From NCBI GenBank assembly GCA_028284495.1, contig JANQRP010000015.1, positions 6,466 to 70,465 of the forward strand: a stretch of DNA of 64,000 nucleotides, in the 5' to 3' direction. This DNA comes from Longimicrobiales bacterium (GTDB lineage: Bacteria; Gemmatimonadota; Gemmatimonadetes; Longimicrobiales; Gaopeijiaceae). A program made the translations under genes and the position numbers. Positions 18,264-27,830 of the stretch are shown here, one piece after another. Position 1 is the stretch's first letter. Each line of letters opens with the position of its first letter. The notes beneath the pieces are model-generated. The model worked only from the letters and a program-made list of their open reading frames with translations. It was not told where the DNA came from and ran no database searches.

Positions 18264-19469
18264 ATGGGCACGCAGTCGCACCCGAAGGACGTGGTCTTTC
18301 TCTCCGGAAAGCGAACCGGATTCGGTTCGTTCGGAGGCTCGCTCAGGAGCTTCACCGCCACCGATCTCGGAGTGGCGTCCGCGGAGGCCGCGATGGCCGC
18401 CGCCGCGATCTCCCCCGACCTCATCGATCACGTCGTGTACGGGAACGCGCTGCAGACGTCGTCGGACGCGATCTACCTCGCCCGCCACGTCGGCCTTCGG
18501 TCGGGCATCCCGCAGCAGACACCCGCCTACACGATCAACCGACTCTGCGGATCGGGGTTCCAGGCGATCGCGAACGGGGCCCAGGAGATCCTGCTCGGGG
18601 ACGCGCGCACCGCGCTCGTCGGCGGCACGGAGTCGATGTCTCAGGCACCCCACGTCGTTCGCGGCGCGCGCTTCGGCGACCTTCGCCTGGGCCCGGCCGG
18701 CAAGCAGTTCGAAGACCTGCTCTGGGAGGCGCTCCTCGATACCAACTGCGACCTGACGATGGCGCAGACGGCGGAAGAGCTCGGGGATCGCTACGACGTC
18801 ACCCGGGAAGAGTCGGACGCGGTGGCCCTGAGGTCGCAACAGCGGGCGAAGGCGGCGTGGGATGCCGGGCGCTTCGATGCCGAGATCGCGCCGGTGACCG
18901 TCCGCACGCGGAAGGGAGAGGTCGAGTTCGCCTCCGACGAGCACATGCGGCCCGACACCACCCTGGAAGGGCTCGCGAAGCTGCGACCGTACTTCAGGGA
19001 GGGCGGCTTCGTGACGGCGGGGAACGCGAGCGGGATCGGCGACGGTGCCGCCGGCGCGGTCCTCGCCGAGCGCGAGTGGGCCGAGGCGCAGGGGCTCGAG
19101 CCGATCGGCCGCCTGGTGTCGTGGGCGTTCGTCGGGGTCGAGCCGGCCATCATGGGGATCGGGCCGGCACCCGCCATCCGGAAGGCCCTCGAGCGTGCCG
19201 AGCTGACCCTCGACGACATGGACCTCGTGGAGGTGAACGAGGCGTTCGCGCCGCAGTACGTGGCCGTCGAGAAGGAGCTGGGCCTGGACCCCGAGAAGAC
19301 GAACGTGAACGGCGGTGCCATCGCGCTGACACATCCTCTGGCCGCGTCCGGTGCGCGCATCACGATCCACCTTCTGCACGAGCTGCGTCGGCGTGGCGCT
19401 CGCTACGCGGTCGGTGCGGCGTGCATCGGGGGCGGCCAGGGCGGCGCCGTCGTGGTCGAGGCGCTCTGA
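18264..19469 (+). CDS. Acetyl-CoA C-acyltransferase (thiolase)
   Basis: INRLCGSG (catalytic Cys), GGTESMS, TAGNASGIGDGA, EVNEAFA, NVNGGAIALTHP (His), AACIGGGQG. Confidence 0.95.
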   Translation: MGTQSHPKDVVFLSGKRTGFGSFGGSLRSFTATDLGVASAEAAMAAAAISPDLIDHVVYGNALQTSSDAIYLARHVGLRSGIPQQTPAYTINRLCGSGFQAIANGAQEILLGDARTALVGGTESMSQAPHVVRGARFGDLRLGPAGKQFEDLLWEALLDTNCDLTMAQTAEELGDRYDVTREESDAVALRSQQRAKAAWDAGRFDAEIAPVTVRTRKGEVEFASDEHMRPDTTLEGLAKLRPYFREGGFVTAGNASGIGDGAAGAVLAEREWAEAQGLEPIGRLVSWAFVGVEPAIMGIGPAPAIRKALERAELTLDDMDLVEVNEAFAPQYVAVEKELGLDPEKTNVNGGAIALTHPLAASGARITIHLLHELRRRGARYAVGAACIGGGQGGAVVVEAL

Positions 19470-19482
19470 CGCGGTCCGCAGG

Positions 19483-20397
19483 ATGACCGATCCGTCCCGC
19501 CCCGGCCGATCGCTGACCCGTCGCCAGTTCGACGAGGTGATCCGTCGTGCGTCCGAGCTCGCGCTGCGCGACATGGACGGCGACGACGGCGAAGCGATGT
19601 CCGAGGCGGACGTCTACCGCATCGCTCGTGAGGTCGGGCTTTCCGAGGCGCATGTCCGGAAAGCGCTCACCGAGGTCGGGTCGGGGGCTGCCGGATCGAC
19701 GCTGGCGCAGCCCACCTCCTGGTGGGATCGGTTCTGGGGATCCGAGACGATTCGCGTGACCCGGGTCGTGCCCGGAAGCGCGAAGTCCGTCGCGAAGAAG
19801 CTCGACGAGTACATGGTCGGGGGGCGGCTGCTCCAGCCGGTCCGGCGATCCCCGAGCTTCCTCCAGTATCGACCGGCGGTGGACTGGATGAGCCAGGTGG
19901 CGCGGGCGGCGTCGGGGACGGCTCGGCGCTACTACGTGGCCTCCGCCAAGAGCGTGGAGGTCGAGCTCGAAGCCGTGGACGATCACCGAACGCACGTGGG
20001 GCTCAGCGTGGACGCCGGCGTGCGGGGCAACTACGTGTCCGGCGGGCTCATCGGTGGGATCAGCGCCGGCGGCGCCGTGGGTGCCGCGTCGTTCATGGCC
20101 ATCACGGCGGCCGGCCTGGGTATCCCGCTCGCCGTCGCGGCGGTCGCGGCCGCGCTCGGGCTCGGCGTCGCAGGTGTGTCCAGGGCGACGGCCCACGCGC
20201 ACCGGGCGAAGGTGCAGGAGGTCCAGGCCGAGCTCGAGGGGGCGCTCGACATGCTGGAGGCTGGCGGGCAGCCCGAGCCGCCGCCGCCCGCCTGGCGGAA
20301 GTGGATCGAGCGCCGCTTCCACGGTGCCCGCCGGCTGCTCGAGAGCGAGGACCCCGCGCTCATCGACTTCGGGATGGACGACGACGACGAGCCCTGA
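19483..20397 (+). CDS. Hypothetical membrane protein
   Basis: N-terminal helical domain (FDEVIRRASEL...VYRIAREVGLSEAHVRKAL) and two Gly/Ala-rich TM helices; lies between thiolase and hbd. Confidence 0.75.
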   Translation: MTDPSRPGRSLTRRQFDEVIRRASELALRDMDGDDGEAMSEADVYRIAREVGLSEAHVRKALTEVGSGAAGSTLAQPTSWWDRFWGSETIRVTRVVPGSAKSVAKKLDEYMVGGRLLQPVRRSPSFLQYRPAVDWMSQVARAASGTARRYYVASAKSVEVELEAVDDHRTHVGLSVDAGVRGNYVSGGLIGGISAGGAVGAASFMAITAAGLGIPLAVAAVAAALGLGVAGVSRATAHAHRAKVQEVQAELEGALDMLEAGGQPEPPPPAWRKWIERRFHGARRLLESEDPALIDFGMDDDDEP

Positions 20398-20443
20398 AAC
20401 GGCCGTCGAGACGGACTCTGTACGGACTCTGGAGGAGCGGTAC

Positions 20444-21322
20444 GTGAAGATCGAAAAGGTGGGAGTGGTGGGAGCCGGGCTGATGGGCAGCGGCATCGCG
20501 GAGGTGTCCGCGAAGTCCGGCTTCGACGTCATCGTGCGAGAGATCGACGATGCCTCCGCGGACCGGGGGCGGGCGCGCATCGAGACGTCGATGAACCGGG
20601 CCGTCGAGAAGGAGAAGCTCACGGCCGACGACCGGGACGCCGCGCTCGGACGCATCCGGTTCACGACCGAGGTGGACGAGCTCGCGGACCGCGACCTCGT
20701 GATCGAGGCGATCGTCGAGAATCTCGAAGCGAAAAACGAACTCTTCGGGAGGCTGGACGAACTCTGCGGCGAGCAGACGGTGTTCGCGTCCAACACGAGC
20801 TCGCTCACCATCACGGACATGGCGGCGGCCACGAATCGACCCGATCGCGTCGTGGGCCTGCACTTCTTCAATCCGGTCCCGGTGATGAAGCTGGTCGAGG
20901 TCGTCCGGACCATCGCGACCTCGGACGAGACGTTCGGGGCTGCGTTCGACTTCGCCCGCGCCGTCGGGAAGGTGCCGATCGCGGCGAAGGACAACTCGGG
21001 GTTCGTGGTGAACCTGCTCCTGGTGCCCTACATGCTCGACGCGATCCGCCAGCTGGAGCGGGGTGTGGCGTCCATCGAGGACATGGACGCCGGCATGGTC
21101 CTCGGCTGCGGGTACCCGATGGGCCCGTTCACGCTGTGCGACTTCGTCGGGAACGACACGACGCTGCGGATCGCCGAGATCATGTTCGAGGAGTACCGCG
21201 AACAGCGCTACGCCCCCCCGCCGCTGCTCAGGCGAATGGTCGCGATGGGGCGCCACGGTCGGAAGGCGGGACGGGGCTTCTACGACTACTCGGGCGACGC
21301 GCCGGTCGCGCTGCCCGTCTGA
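20444..21322 (+). CDS. hbd: 3-hydroxybutyryl-CoA dehydrogenase
   Basis: GVVGAGLMGSGIA, IEAIVEN, FASNTSSL, GLHFFNPVPVMKLVE, GYPMGP, GRKAGRGFYDY; ggaggag RBS. Confidence 0.93.
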   Translation: MKIEKVGVVGAGLMGSGIAEVSAKSGFDVIVREIDDASADRGRARIETSMNRAVEKEKLTADDRDAALGRIRFTTEVDELADRDLVIEAIVENLEAKNELFGRLDELCGEQTVFASNTSSLTITDMAAATNRPDRVVGLHFFNPVPVMKLVEVVRTIATSDETFGAAFDFARAVGKVPIAAKDNSGFVVNLLLVPYMLDAIRQLERGVASIEDMDAGMVLGCGYPMGPFTLCDFVGNDTTLRIAEIMFEEYREQRYAPPPLLRRMVAMGRHGRKAGRGFYDYSGDAPVALPV

Positions 21323-21327
21323 ACGAC

Positions 21328-21363
21328 GAAGAGGGCCCCCGACCGGAGTCGGGAGCCCTCTTC
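21328..21363. terminator. Hairpin between convergent hbd and rpsU (probable bidirectional terminator)
   Basis: gaagagggc...cccgac-cgga-gtcggg...gccctcttc inverted repeat. Confidence 0.7.
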
Positions 21364-21400
21364 GCGCTCTGCTTCGAGGCCTCGAGGAGGCCGGCGCGGA

Positions 21401-21598
21401 TCAGCGGCGGGTGTTCCGGCGCTGACGACGGCGCTCGCGGCGGACCGCGGCCTCCTTCTTCCGCTTGCGCTGGGCGCTGGGCTTCTCGTAGAAGCGACGC
21501 TTGCGAAGCTCGGAATAAAGACCGGAACGCTGCACCTTCCGCTTGAAGCGGCGGAGCGCCCGCTCGAGGCTTTCGTTGTCCTGTACCTTGACTTCCAA
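21401..21598 (-). CDS. rpsU: 30S ribosomal protein S21
   Basis: [21 protein letters not shown]...[28 protein letters not shown] start at 21598 with ggtgag RBS. Confidence 0.95.
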   Translation of the reverse strand: MEVKVQDNESLERALRRFKRKVQRSGLYSELRKRRFYEKPSAQRKRKKEAAVRRERRRQRRNTRR

Positions 21599-21747
21599 AG
21601 AACTCACCCGCGCGGCTTGAAGATCGACGAAACAAAGCTCTGTAAGATAGGAAAGAGCCTGCGACCCCGTCAACGCGCCGCGCTCCATGCAGCCCGCGAA
21701 GCCCCGAGCGCCCACGCCACCACGGCCTATCCCGCCGATCCGACACG

Positions 21748-23310
21748 ATGAATCGACCCGACATGCTCGAAAGGCTCGACGAACGCACCGACCCGTGGGA
21801 CATGGTCGTGGTCGGCGGCGGCGCCACCGGCGTGGGTGTGGCGGTGGACGCCGCCGCGCGTGGATACGACGTGGCCCTGTTCGAGGCCTGTGACTTCGGC
21901 AAGGGAACGTCGTCGCGGAGCACCAAGCTCGTGCACGGCGGGGTCCGGTACCTGCGACAGGGCAACGTGCCGCTCGTCATGGAGGCCCTCCGGGAGCGGG
22001 GGATCCTCCGGCGCAACGCGCCCCACCTCGTGAACGAGCTGCCCTTCGTCGTGCCGAACTACGACTGGTGGGAGGCACCCTTCTACGGCATCGGCCTGAA
22101 GGTGTACGACGCGCTCGCGGGGAAGTACGGATTCGGGTCGTCCCGGCGCCTCGGCCTCGACGAGACGATCGAGCGCCTTCCGACCATCGAGCGCGACGGG
22201 CTTCGCGGCGGTGTGGAGTACCACGACGGCCAGTTCGACGACACGCGTCTGCTCGTGCACCTCGCCATCACGGCGGCGGAGCAGGGAGCGGTGCTGGTCA
22301 ACCACGCGCCGGTCGAGGCGCTGACGAAGGCCGCCGACGGGTTCGTTTCAGGGGTCAGGGTCCGGGACGTCGAGACGGGGGACGTCCGCGACGTTCCGGC
22401 TCGCTCCGTGATCAACGCCACCGGCGTCTTCACGGACTCCGTCCGCCGGATGGACCGGCCCGGGGCCGCGTCGATGATCCGGCCGAGCCAGGGCATCCAC
22501 CTCGTACTCGATCGGCGGTTCCACCCTGGAGACGCCGCGATCATGGTACCGCACACCGACGACGGACGGGTGCTCTTCGCCGTGCCGTGGCACGGGAAGG
22601 TGCTGGTCGGCACCACGGACACCCCCGTCGAGGTCGCCGACCCGGAACCGCGACCCTTCGACGAAGAGGTCGAGTACGTGCTCCGCCACGCCGCCCGCTA
22701 CCTCGAGGAGGATCCCGGCATCGACGACGTGCTGTCGGCCTTCGCGGGGCTGCGGCCGCTCGTCGGGTCGGGGGACGACGAGGATACGTCGGCCCTCTCG
22801 CGGGACCACACGCTCCAGGTGTCGCGATCCGGGCTCGTGACGATCACCGGGGGCAAGTGGACGACCTACCGGAAGATGGCCGAGGACACCGTCGATCATG
22901 CGGCGGTCCTCGCCGGCGTCGAGGTGCGGCCCTGCACGACGAAGGAACTCCAGATCCACGGGGCCCACGCGCACGCCGACCGATTCGGGCACCTCTCCGT
23001 GTACGGAACCGACGCGCTGCTGGTCGAGGGCCTCGCGGAGGAGGAGGCCGGCGGGTCGGACCCGCTCGACCCCGCGCTGCCCTACATCGAGGCAGAGGTG
23101 CGCTGGGCGGCGCGCGAGGAGATGGCACGGACCGTCGAGGACGTCCTGTCACGGCGCACGCGGGCGCTGCTGCTCGACGCCCGCGCCGCGATGCGGGCGG
23201 CGCCCCGCGTGGCCGAGATCCTCGCGGACGAACTGGGAAGGGACGCGTCCTGGAGGAGCGACCAGGTTCGGGAATTCGAGGGGATCGCGCGGGGTTACGT
23301 CGTAGCGTGA
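21748..23310 (+). CDS. glpD: FAD-dependent glycerol-3-phosphate dehydrogenase
   Basis: [60 protein letters not shown]. Confidence 0.92.
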   Translation: MNRPDMLERLDERTDPWDMVVVGGGATGVGVAVDAAARGYDVALFEACDFGKGTSSRSTKLVHGGVRYLRQGNVPLVMEALRERGILRRNAPHLVNELPFVVPNYDWWEAPFYGIGLKVYDALAGKYGFGSSRRLGLDETIERLPTIERDGLRGGVEYHDGQFDDTRLLVHLAITAAEQGAVLVNHAPVEALTKAADGFVSGVRVRDVETGDVRDVPARSVINATGVFTDSVRRMDRPGAASMIRPSQGIHLVLDRRFHPGDAAIMVPHTDDGRVLFAVPWHGKVLVGTTDTPVEVADPEPRPFDEEVEYVLRHAARYLEEDPGIDDVLSAFAGLRPLVGSGDDEDTSALSRDHTLQVSRSGLVTITGGKWTTYRKMAEDTVDHAAVLAGVEVRPCTTKELQIHGAHAHADRFGHLSVYGTDALLVEGLAEEEAGGSDPLDPALPYIEAEVRWAAREEMARTVEDVLSRRTRALLLDARAAMRAAPRVAEILADELGRDASWRSDQVREFEGIARGYVVA

Positions 23311-23365
23311 CGACGCTGCCCGACGGGACGCAACGCGAGGCGCATCCGCGTCCCACCCCGGGGTC

Positions 23366-24088
23366 TCAGGGCAGAATGCCCTCGCGGTGCAGCGCGTGGG
23401 TGTATCGCCGGTACTCCGGCTCGTTGGCCACGTAGTCGCGGGCCCACGTCTGGAAGTCCGGGAGTGGGAGCCGACGCTCGATGAACTCGACCACCAGCAT
23501 GGCGAGCTGGTGCTTGTCGCCCGCGGCGAAGTCGATCCCCTCGATGTCGTCGATGATCCGGCCCACCGCGATCTCGAAGTCGTCCGGGTGTACCAGCTGG
23601 ATGAAGTGGCAGACCTGGTCGAGCCGATAGGATGCGTACAGCGAACGCATCTCCTCGAGGTCGGTCTGCTCCGACGTGGGCGGCACCTCGAAGTCCGCGA
23701 TGCGCGTCGCGTTCTCCGTCAGGAGGTCGTGGAACCACCGCTTCAGGAACGGGGATCGATCATCCTCGCGCGTCCGTGTGTGGATGGCCGAATCGAGGAG
23801 ACCCGAGAGCAGCGGACGCCCCAGTTCACGAGCCTTCCGGGCGATCTGGTTTTCCTCGCTCTCGATGAAGATGTCACCGGTGCGCACCTCACCCGCGTCC
23901 GCGTCCGTTCCGGAGAGCCGGAAGGCGAAGTGACCCTTCCACGCACGGTCGGCGGGGTCGAGGAAGGTGACCAGGAAGCATGCCCACTGCTCGCCCTCCC
24001 GTTCCAGGAAGCCGACGGACCGCCGCCGCAGGTGCAGGCGGCGCTCGGGGAGCGGCAGGTCGGAGGGAACGGAGAGTGGTTCGATCAC
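23366..24088 (-). CDS. Hypothetical protein, unnamed domains B + A
   Basis: Coding-like composition; shares motifs with 25137..25754 and 26472..26816 (see findings). Confidence 0.75.
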   Translation of the reverse strand: MIEPLSVPSDLPLPERRLHLRRRSVGFLEREGEQWACFLVTFLDPADRAWKGHFAFRLSGTDADAGEVRTGDIFIESEENQIARKARELGRPLLSGLLDSAIHTRTREDDRSPFLKRWFHDLLTENATRIADFEVPPTSEQTDLEEMRSLYASYRLDQVCHFIQLVHPDDFEIAVGRIIDDIEGIDFAAGDKHQLAMLVVEFIERRLPLPDFQTWARDYVANEPEYRRYTHALHREGILP

Positions 24089-24240
24089 CCTGGCAACTTC
24101 GGCGGGGAGGTCGCCTCGGGCAAGCGGGCGAAATCCTTGCTCGCGCGGGAAACAGATGATTATTCTGACAATCCCCCTGCGGACTTCGCCGCGGGGGCAG
24201 AGGCGGCCGGAATCGACCGGCCCGACGCCCGGCGAACCCG

Positions 24241-25134
24241 ATGATCAACTCGTCCCTGCACCTGGATGCGCGTCCGGAGGCGATGGAGGACGTACCCGGC
24301 GTGTGCGAGCTGCCGCTCACGCGCGCGATCGTCCAGTATCGGGACGTGCACGAAGTCGAGAATGCGGGGGGCCGCATCCGCGACATCGGGCTCGCGCTCG
24401 TGCTGGAAGGACGGTACGCCGCGTCGGCGGACGTCGTGGATCTGGGCAGCGCGGACGTGAAGCAGCTGGACCTGAGCCACGAGCTCGTGGTCCTCGACTG
24501 GGCCTACGAGCCGACCCTCGAGCACGCGGCGGATCTGCTCCGCGACGCGGCGTCGCACGGGCGGGACGGCGAGCTGGAGCGATTCTGCTTCCGGGTCGCA
24601 CTGCGCGCCATCGAGAGGGTCGGGTTCTCGCCGCTGACGCGACCCACGCTGCTCCGTATCGGCTTCCGTGACGTGTGCCGTGACCTCGACCTGCACGAGG
24701 CCACGGCGGTGCGGCTCGCTCTCGGGGGCAGCCGGGTCGTCCGGATTCACATGGACTACGACGCGAACGCTCTGACCGTCCGGACGCCGACCGCGCACCG
24801 CGATCCTTCGCTCGAAACCGCCCTCGCGGCCGCGTTTCCGGCGTGGGACGTGCGAAGAATCGTTCCGCCGTCCGTCGCCCAGGCGGGCGGGTACCAGGTC
24901 CGGCTTCCGCTGTCGCTCTCGCTCGGTGAGTTGCGCGACCAGGTGACCCGCGTCCGGACCGGGCTGATTCGGCTCATCGGCCGGTTCGAGCCGGCCCGGA
25001 TGCGTCAGGTGGAGCAGCACGTGGACACCTTCGGCGAGCGGGAAACGCTCGCGCGCATCCGCGACACCGGAGAGGTGGCCTGCACCGTGTCGATCGGCCG
25101 CGGCACGGCTCACGGCGACGACACCGTGCACTGA
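24241..25134 (+). CDS. Hypothetical protein
   Basis: 297-aa ORF with normal codon bias, divergent from 23366..24088, 2 nt before the next gene; no family recognised. Confidence 0.7.
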   Translation: MINSSLHLDARPEAMEDVPGVCELPLTRAIVQYRDVHEVENAGGRIRDIGLALVLEGRYAASADVVDLGSADVKQLDLSHELVVLDWAYEPTLEHAADLLRDAASHGRDGELERFCFRVALRAIERVGFSPLTRPTLLRIGFRDVCRDLDLHEATAVRLALGGSRVVRIHMDYDANALTVRTPTAHRDPSLETALAAAFPAWDVRRIVPPSVAQAGGYQVRLPLSLSLGELRDQVTRVRTGLIRLIGRFEPARMRQVEQHVDTFGERETLARIRDTGEVACTVSIGRGTAHGDDTVH

Positions 25135-25136
25135 CG

Positions 25137-25754
25137 ATGACGCCCGATCTGTCCTGGCCGTCCACCCTTTCCCCGTCCGACGTCGGCATCGCCGAGGTCG
25201 GACCCGTCGCGATCGGCGGCGAGAACCCGGCGCTCCGATCACGCTACCAGGCGTATCGGGTCCAGCAGGGTCGCGACCTCGTGGCGCTTCTTCCCCGAGA
25301 GGGGCTGCGTGCTCTGCTCCGCGAGATGCACGATGCGGGGACCGCGATCGACTTCATGTCGGCGGACGGGTTCGAGGCGCTCGCACACCGCTGCGCCGAC
25401 CTCCTTCCGCTCCCGCCGTTCGACGTCTGGGCACGCGACTTCGCGAGCAACCGGGCTGCGTACGGAGGACCCGAGTCTCCGCCCCTCGCTCCCGCACGCG
25501 CGCGGGAGGAGGCGGTGACCGTCGCCGTGGTCGAGTTCCTGAGCGACCACGGAGAGGAGTGGGTCGCGTCGTTGGAGGTCCGCGAGATCGATCTGCGATG
25601 GACGGGCACAGTCCGGTTCCACCGACCCACCTCGGCGGCCACGTGTCGAACGGGGCCGATTCTCCGCGAGGCGGACCCCGAGAGCGTGCGCGCCCGCTTC
25701 GCCGGATTCGATCGAACGACGCTCTCGGCGCTCCTCCGGTCCGCACTTCCCTAG
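25137..25754 (+). CDS. Hypothetical protein, unnamed domains A + B
   Basis: LRSRYQAYRVQQ...LPLPPFDVWARDFASNRAAY followed by GEEW...WTG...RTGPI. Confidence 0.75.
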   Translation: MTPDLSWPSTLSPSDVGIAEVGPVAIGGENPALRSRYQAYRVQQGRDLVALLPREGLRALLREMHDAGTAIDFMSADGFEALAHRCADLLPLPPFDVWARDFASNRAAYGGPESPPLAPARAREEAVTVAVVEFLSDHGEEWVASLEVREIDLRWTGTVRFHRPTSAATCRTGPILREADPESVRARFAGFDRTTLSALLRSALP

Positions 25755-26123
25755 GATCGGACTTTTCCGAAAATTCTCTTCCACGTCGCCGGCGTCCTCA
25801 CCGACCCGGGACGTGCCTTCCGTCCCGCGTTCCCGCGCGATCCGGCCTTCCGGAGGCGTGGCACACGCGTGCTCGGCGCGGATCCGATTCGGCGAAACTT
25901 GCCAAATCATCGAACGCTGTAACCTGTTGGGGGACATGAGCGTACGGTTTTCCTACGGGCTCGCCTGGACCAGTGGGAGCGGGTTGCGTCCGGGGCGGCG
26001 TGCGGATAGAGTCGATCTCCGCGCCACGGCGGCGCGATCGACGGAGCAGGAGGAAGGCCGGAGGCCGGAGCTGCACGACGTCGGAACCTGGGCATCAACG
26101 GTCAATCCGGGAGGAATCCGAGC

Positions 26124-26339
26124 ATGTGGGAGACGCGTTCCGTCCAACTCAACGTCCGCCTTCCGCGAGAGATTGCGGACCAGGCGGAAGAGGTCCAGGC
26201 GTCCGATCCGGAGTTCCTCAGCCGGGTCGTCATGTACGGCCTCACGCGTCGCTCCATCTATCGCCACCTCCGGGACGCCCCGGCCACCGCCGGGCCCTCT
26301 CTGGAAGCCGGGTCGCTCCCGGCCTCACCCGGGACCTGA
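26124..26339 (+). CDS. Small ribbon-helix-helix-like protein
   Basis: Strong gggagga RBS; SVQLNVRLP beta-strand followed by two predicted helices. The RHH fold is inferred. Confidence 0.65.
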   Translation: MWETRSVQLNVRLPREIADQAEEVQASDPEFLSRVVMYGLTRRSIYRHLRDAPATAGPSLEAGSLPASPGT

Positions 26340-26471
26340 CGGGCGCACTGCGGGTACCCGCGAACAGCTGCCCGACGACGATCGGGTTCCTGACGCCGGG
26401 CGGGTCGACGGAGTTCCCGACCGAGCGACCGGAGCGCATCGAGGCTCCGGTGCCTTCGAACCGCGAGCGGG

Positions 26472-26816
26472 GTGTTCGTGAACGAGCGGTCCAGCGAGCC
26501 GCCGGAGATGGGCTCGGACGAGGGACTCGACCTTCTGCGGGCGAAGTACCTCGACTACTGCTCTGCGCAGCTCGCCGATCTCCTGCTCTACCTCTCTCCC
26601 GACGAGATCTTCGTTCTGTCGGAGAAGATCGCGAGCCGTGATCCGGAGGGTCGCTCCCGCGGGTACGGGCGCATCGTCCGTGTCGCGACCGAGTGGCTCG
26701 CCAACCGCGTCTCGCTCCCGCCGTTCGAGGTCTGGCTCGAGGACTACCGGGCGAATCCGGAGCGGTACGACACCTATCTCATGGGACTCTGGGAAGAGCC
26801 TGGCGTCGAACGGTAG
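26472..26816 (+). CDS. Hypothetical protein, unnamed domain A only
   Basis: LRAKYLDYCSAQ...VSLPPFEVWLEDYRANPERY; start could be GTG 26478. Confidence 0.75.
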   Translation: MFVNERSSEPPEMGSDEGLDLLRAKYLDYCSAQLADLLLYLSPDEIFVLSEKIASRDPEGRSRGYGRIVRVATEWLANRVSLPPFEVWLEDYRANPERYDTYLMGLWEEPGVER

Positions 26817-26847
26817 GACCGACGCAGCCCCTTGGAGTGAACAGGCC

Positions 26848-27204
26848 CTAGAAGGGCAGCCCGTCGTCCGAGGCTTCGGGCGGCGCCGAGGTCGGCCACG
26901 GCTCGTCCGCCGGCGGTTGAGGTGCACCGGTGCCCTGATCGCGATCGATGCGCCAGGCCTTCACGTCGGTGTACCAGCGCCCGTTGTACTCACGGCTCTG
27001 GATGTCGATGGAGGCCGTCAGCGTCTCGCCCTCCTGAACGCCGAACTGGTCGATGTTGTCGCCCCACTGGACGATGCAGATCTGCTTGGGGTACTGCCCC
27101 TGCGTCTCGAGGACGAACTCCTGCTTCCGCCAGGGGCCGTTGCGGCCCTCTCCGGACTGCTCCTCGAGAATCTGGACGACCTTGCCGGTGAGCTTCAGAT
27201 CCAT
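26848..27204 (-). CDS. DUF3127-like OB-fold protein with SSB-like acidic tail
   Basis: GPWRKQEFVLET...YPKQICI..WGDNID...SREYNGRWYTDVKAWRI; ends DDGLPF. Confidence 0.8.
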   Translation of the reverse strand: MDLKLTGKVVQILEEQSGEGRNGPWRKQEFVLETQGQYPKQICIVQWGDNIDQFGVQEGETLTASIDIQSREYNGRWYTDVKAWRIDRDQGTGAPQPPADEPWPTSAPPEASDDGLPF

Positions 27205-27252
27205 GATGCGGCGTGCGTGCGAGTCGGTGTGTTGGAACGGGACCGTTCGGTG

Positions 27253-27711
27253 TCAGAAGGGGAGGTCGTCGTCGGGCTCGGAGAGCGGCGTGCCGCCACC
27301 CGAACCACCGGCCGACGATCCCCCTCCGAAGCTACCACCACCGCCGCCGCCGCCGAAGTCGTCCCCGCCGCCCGGACCCCCGCCGCCGAGCATCACCATC
27401 TCGTTGACGACGATGTCCGTCCAGTAGCGCACGTTCCCCTGATCGTCCTGGGTCTGGGAGTACTCGACGCGGCCCTCTACATACAGCCGGTCCCCCTTCT
27501 TCACGTACTGCTCGACGATGTCGGCGAGACGTCCGAAGAAGGTCAGTCGGTGCCACTCCGTCTTCTCCTGCGTCTGACCGTCGCGACCCTGCCAGGAGCG
27601 GTTGGTGGCGAGCGACACCTTGCCGACCCGCGCACCGGAGGAGGTGGAGCGGATCTCGGGATCGCTCCCGACGTTTCCGATCAGCATGACCTTGTTGAGG
27701 GACCGGCTCAT
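27253..27711 (-). CDS. ssb: Single-stranded DNA-binding protein
   Basis: SLNKVMLIGNVGSDPEIR, TEWHRL, VKKGDRLYVEG, Gly-rich linker, C-terminal DDDLPF. Confidence 0.97.
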   Translation of the reverse strand: MSRSLNKVMLIGNVGSDPEIRSTSSGARVGKVSLATNRSWQGRDGQTQEKTEWHRLTFFGRLADIVEQYVKKGDRLYVEGRVEYSQTQDDQGNVRYWTDIVVNEMVMLGGGGPGGGDDFGGGGGGGSFGGGSSAGGSGGGTPLSEPDDDLPF

Positions 27712-27830
27712 GGGACTCCCGAAGCGGGCGGGGTGGTTATGTTCGAAGGGCCGCTAAGGTACACCTGAGCCGCGTGCAGGTCCATGTGCCGAATCGCCCT
27801 CCAGCACCCTCGAACCACGGAGATGTCGGG

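Noticed and set aside
25859-25873. TGGCACACGCGTGCT upstream of the RHH-like gene, resembling a sigma-54 promoter
   Set aside because: Spacing is GG-N9-GC, one base short of the strict GG-N10-GC requirement.
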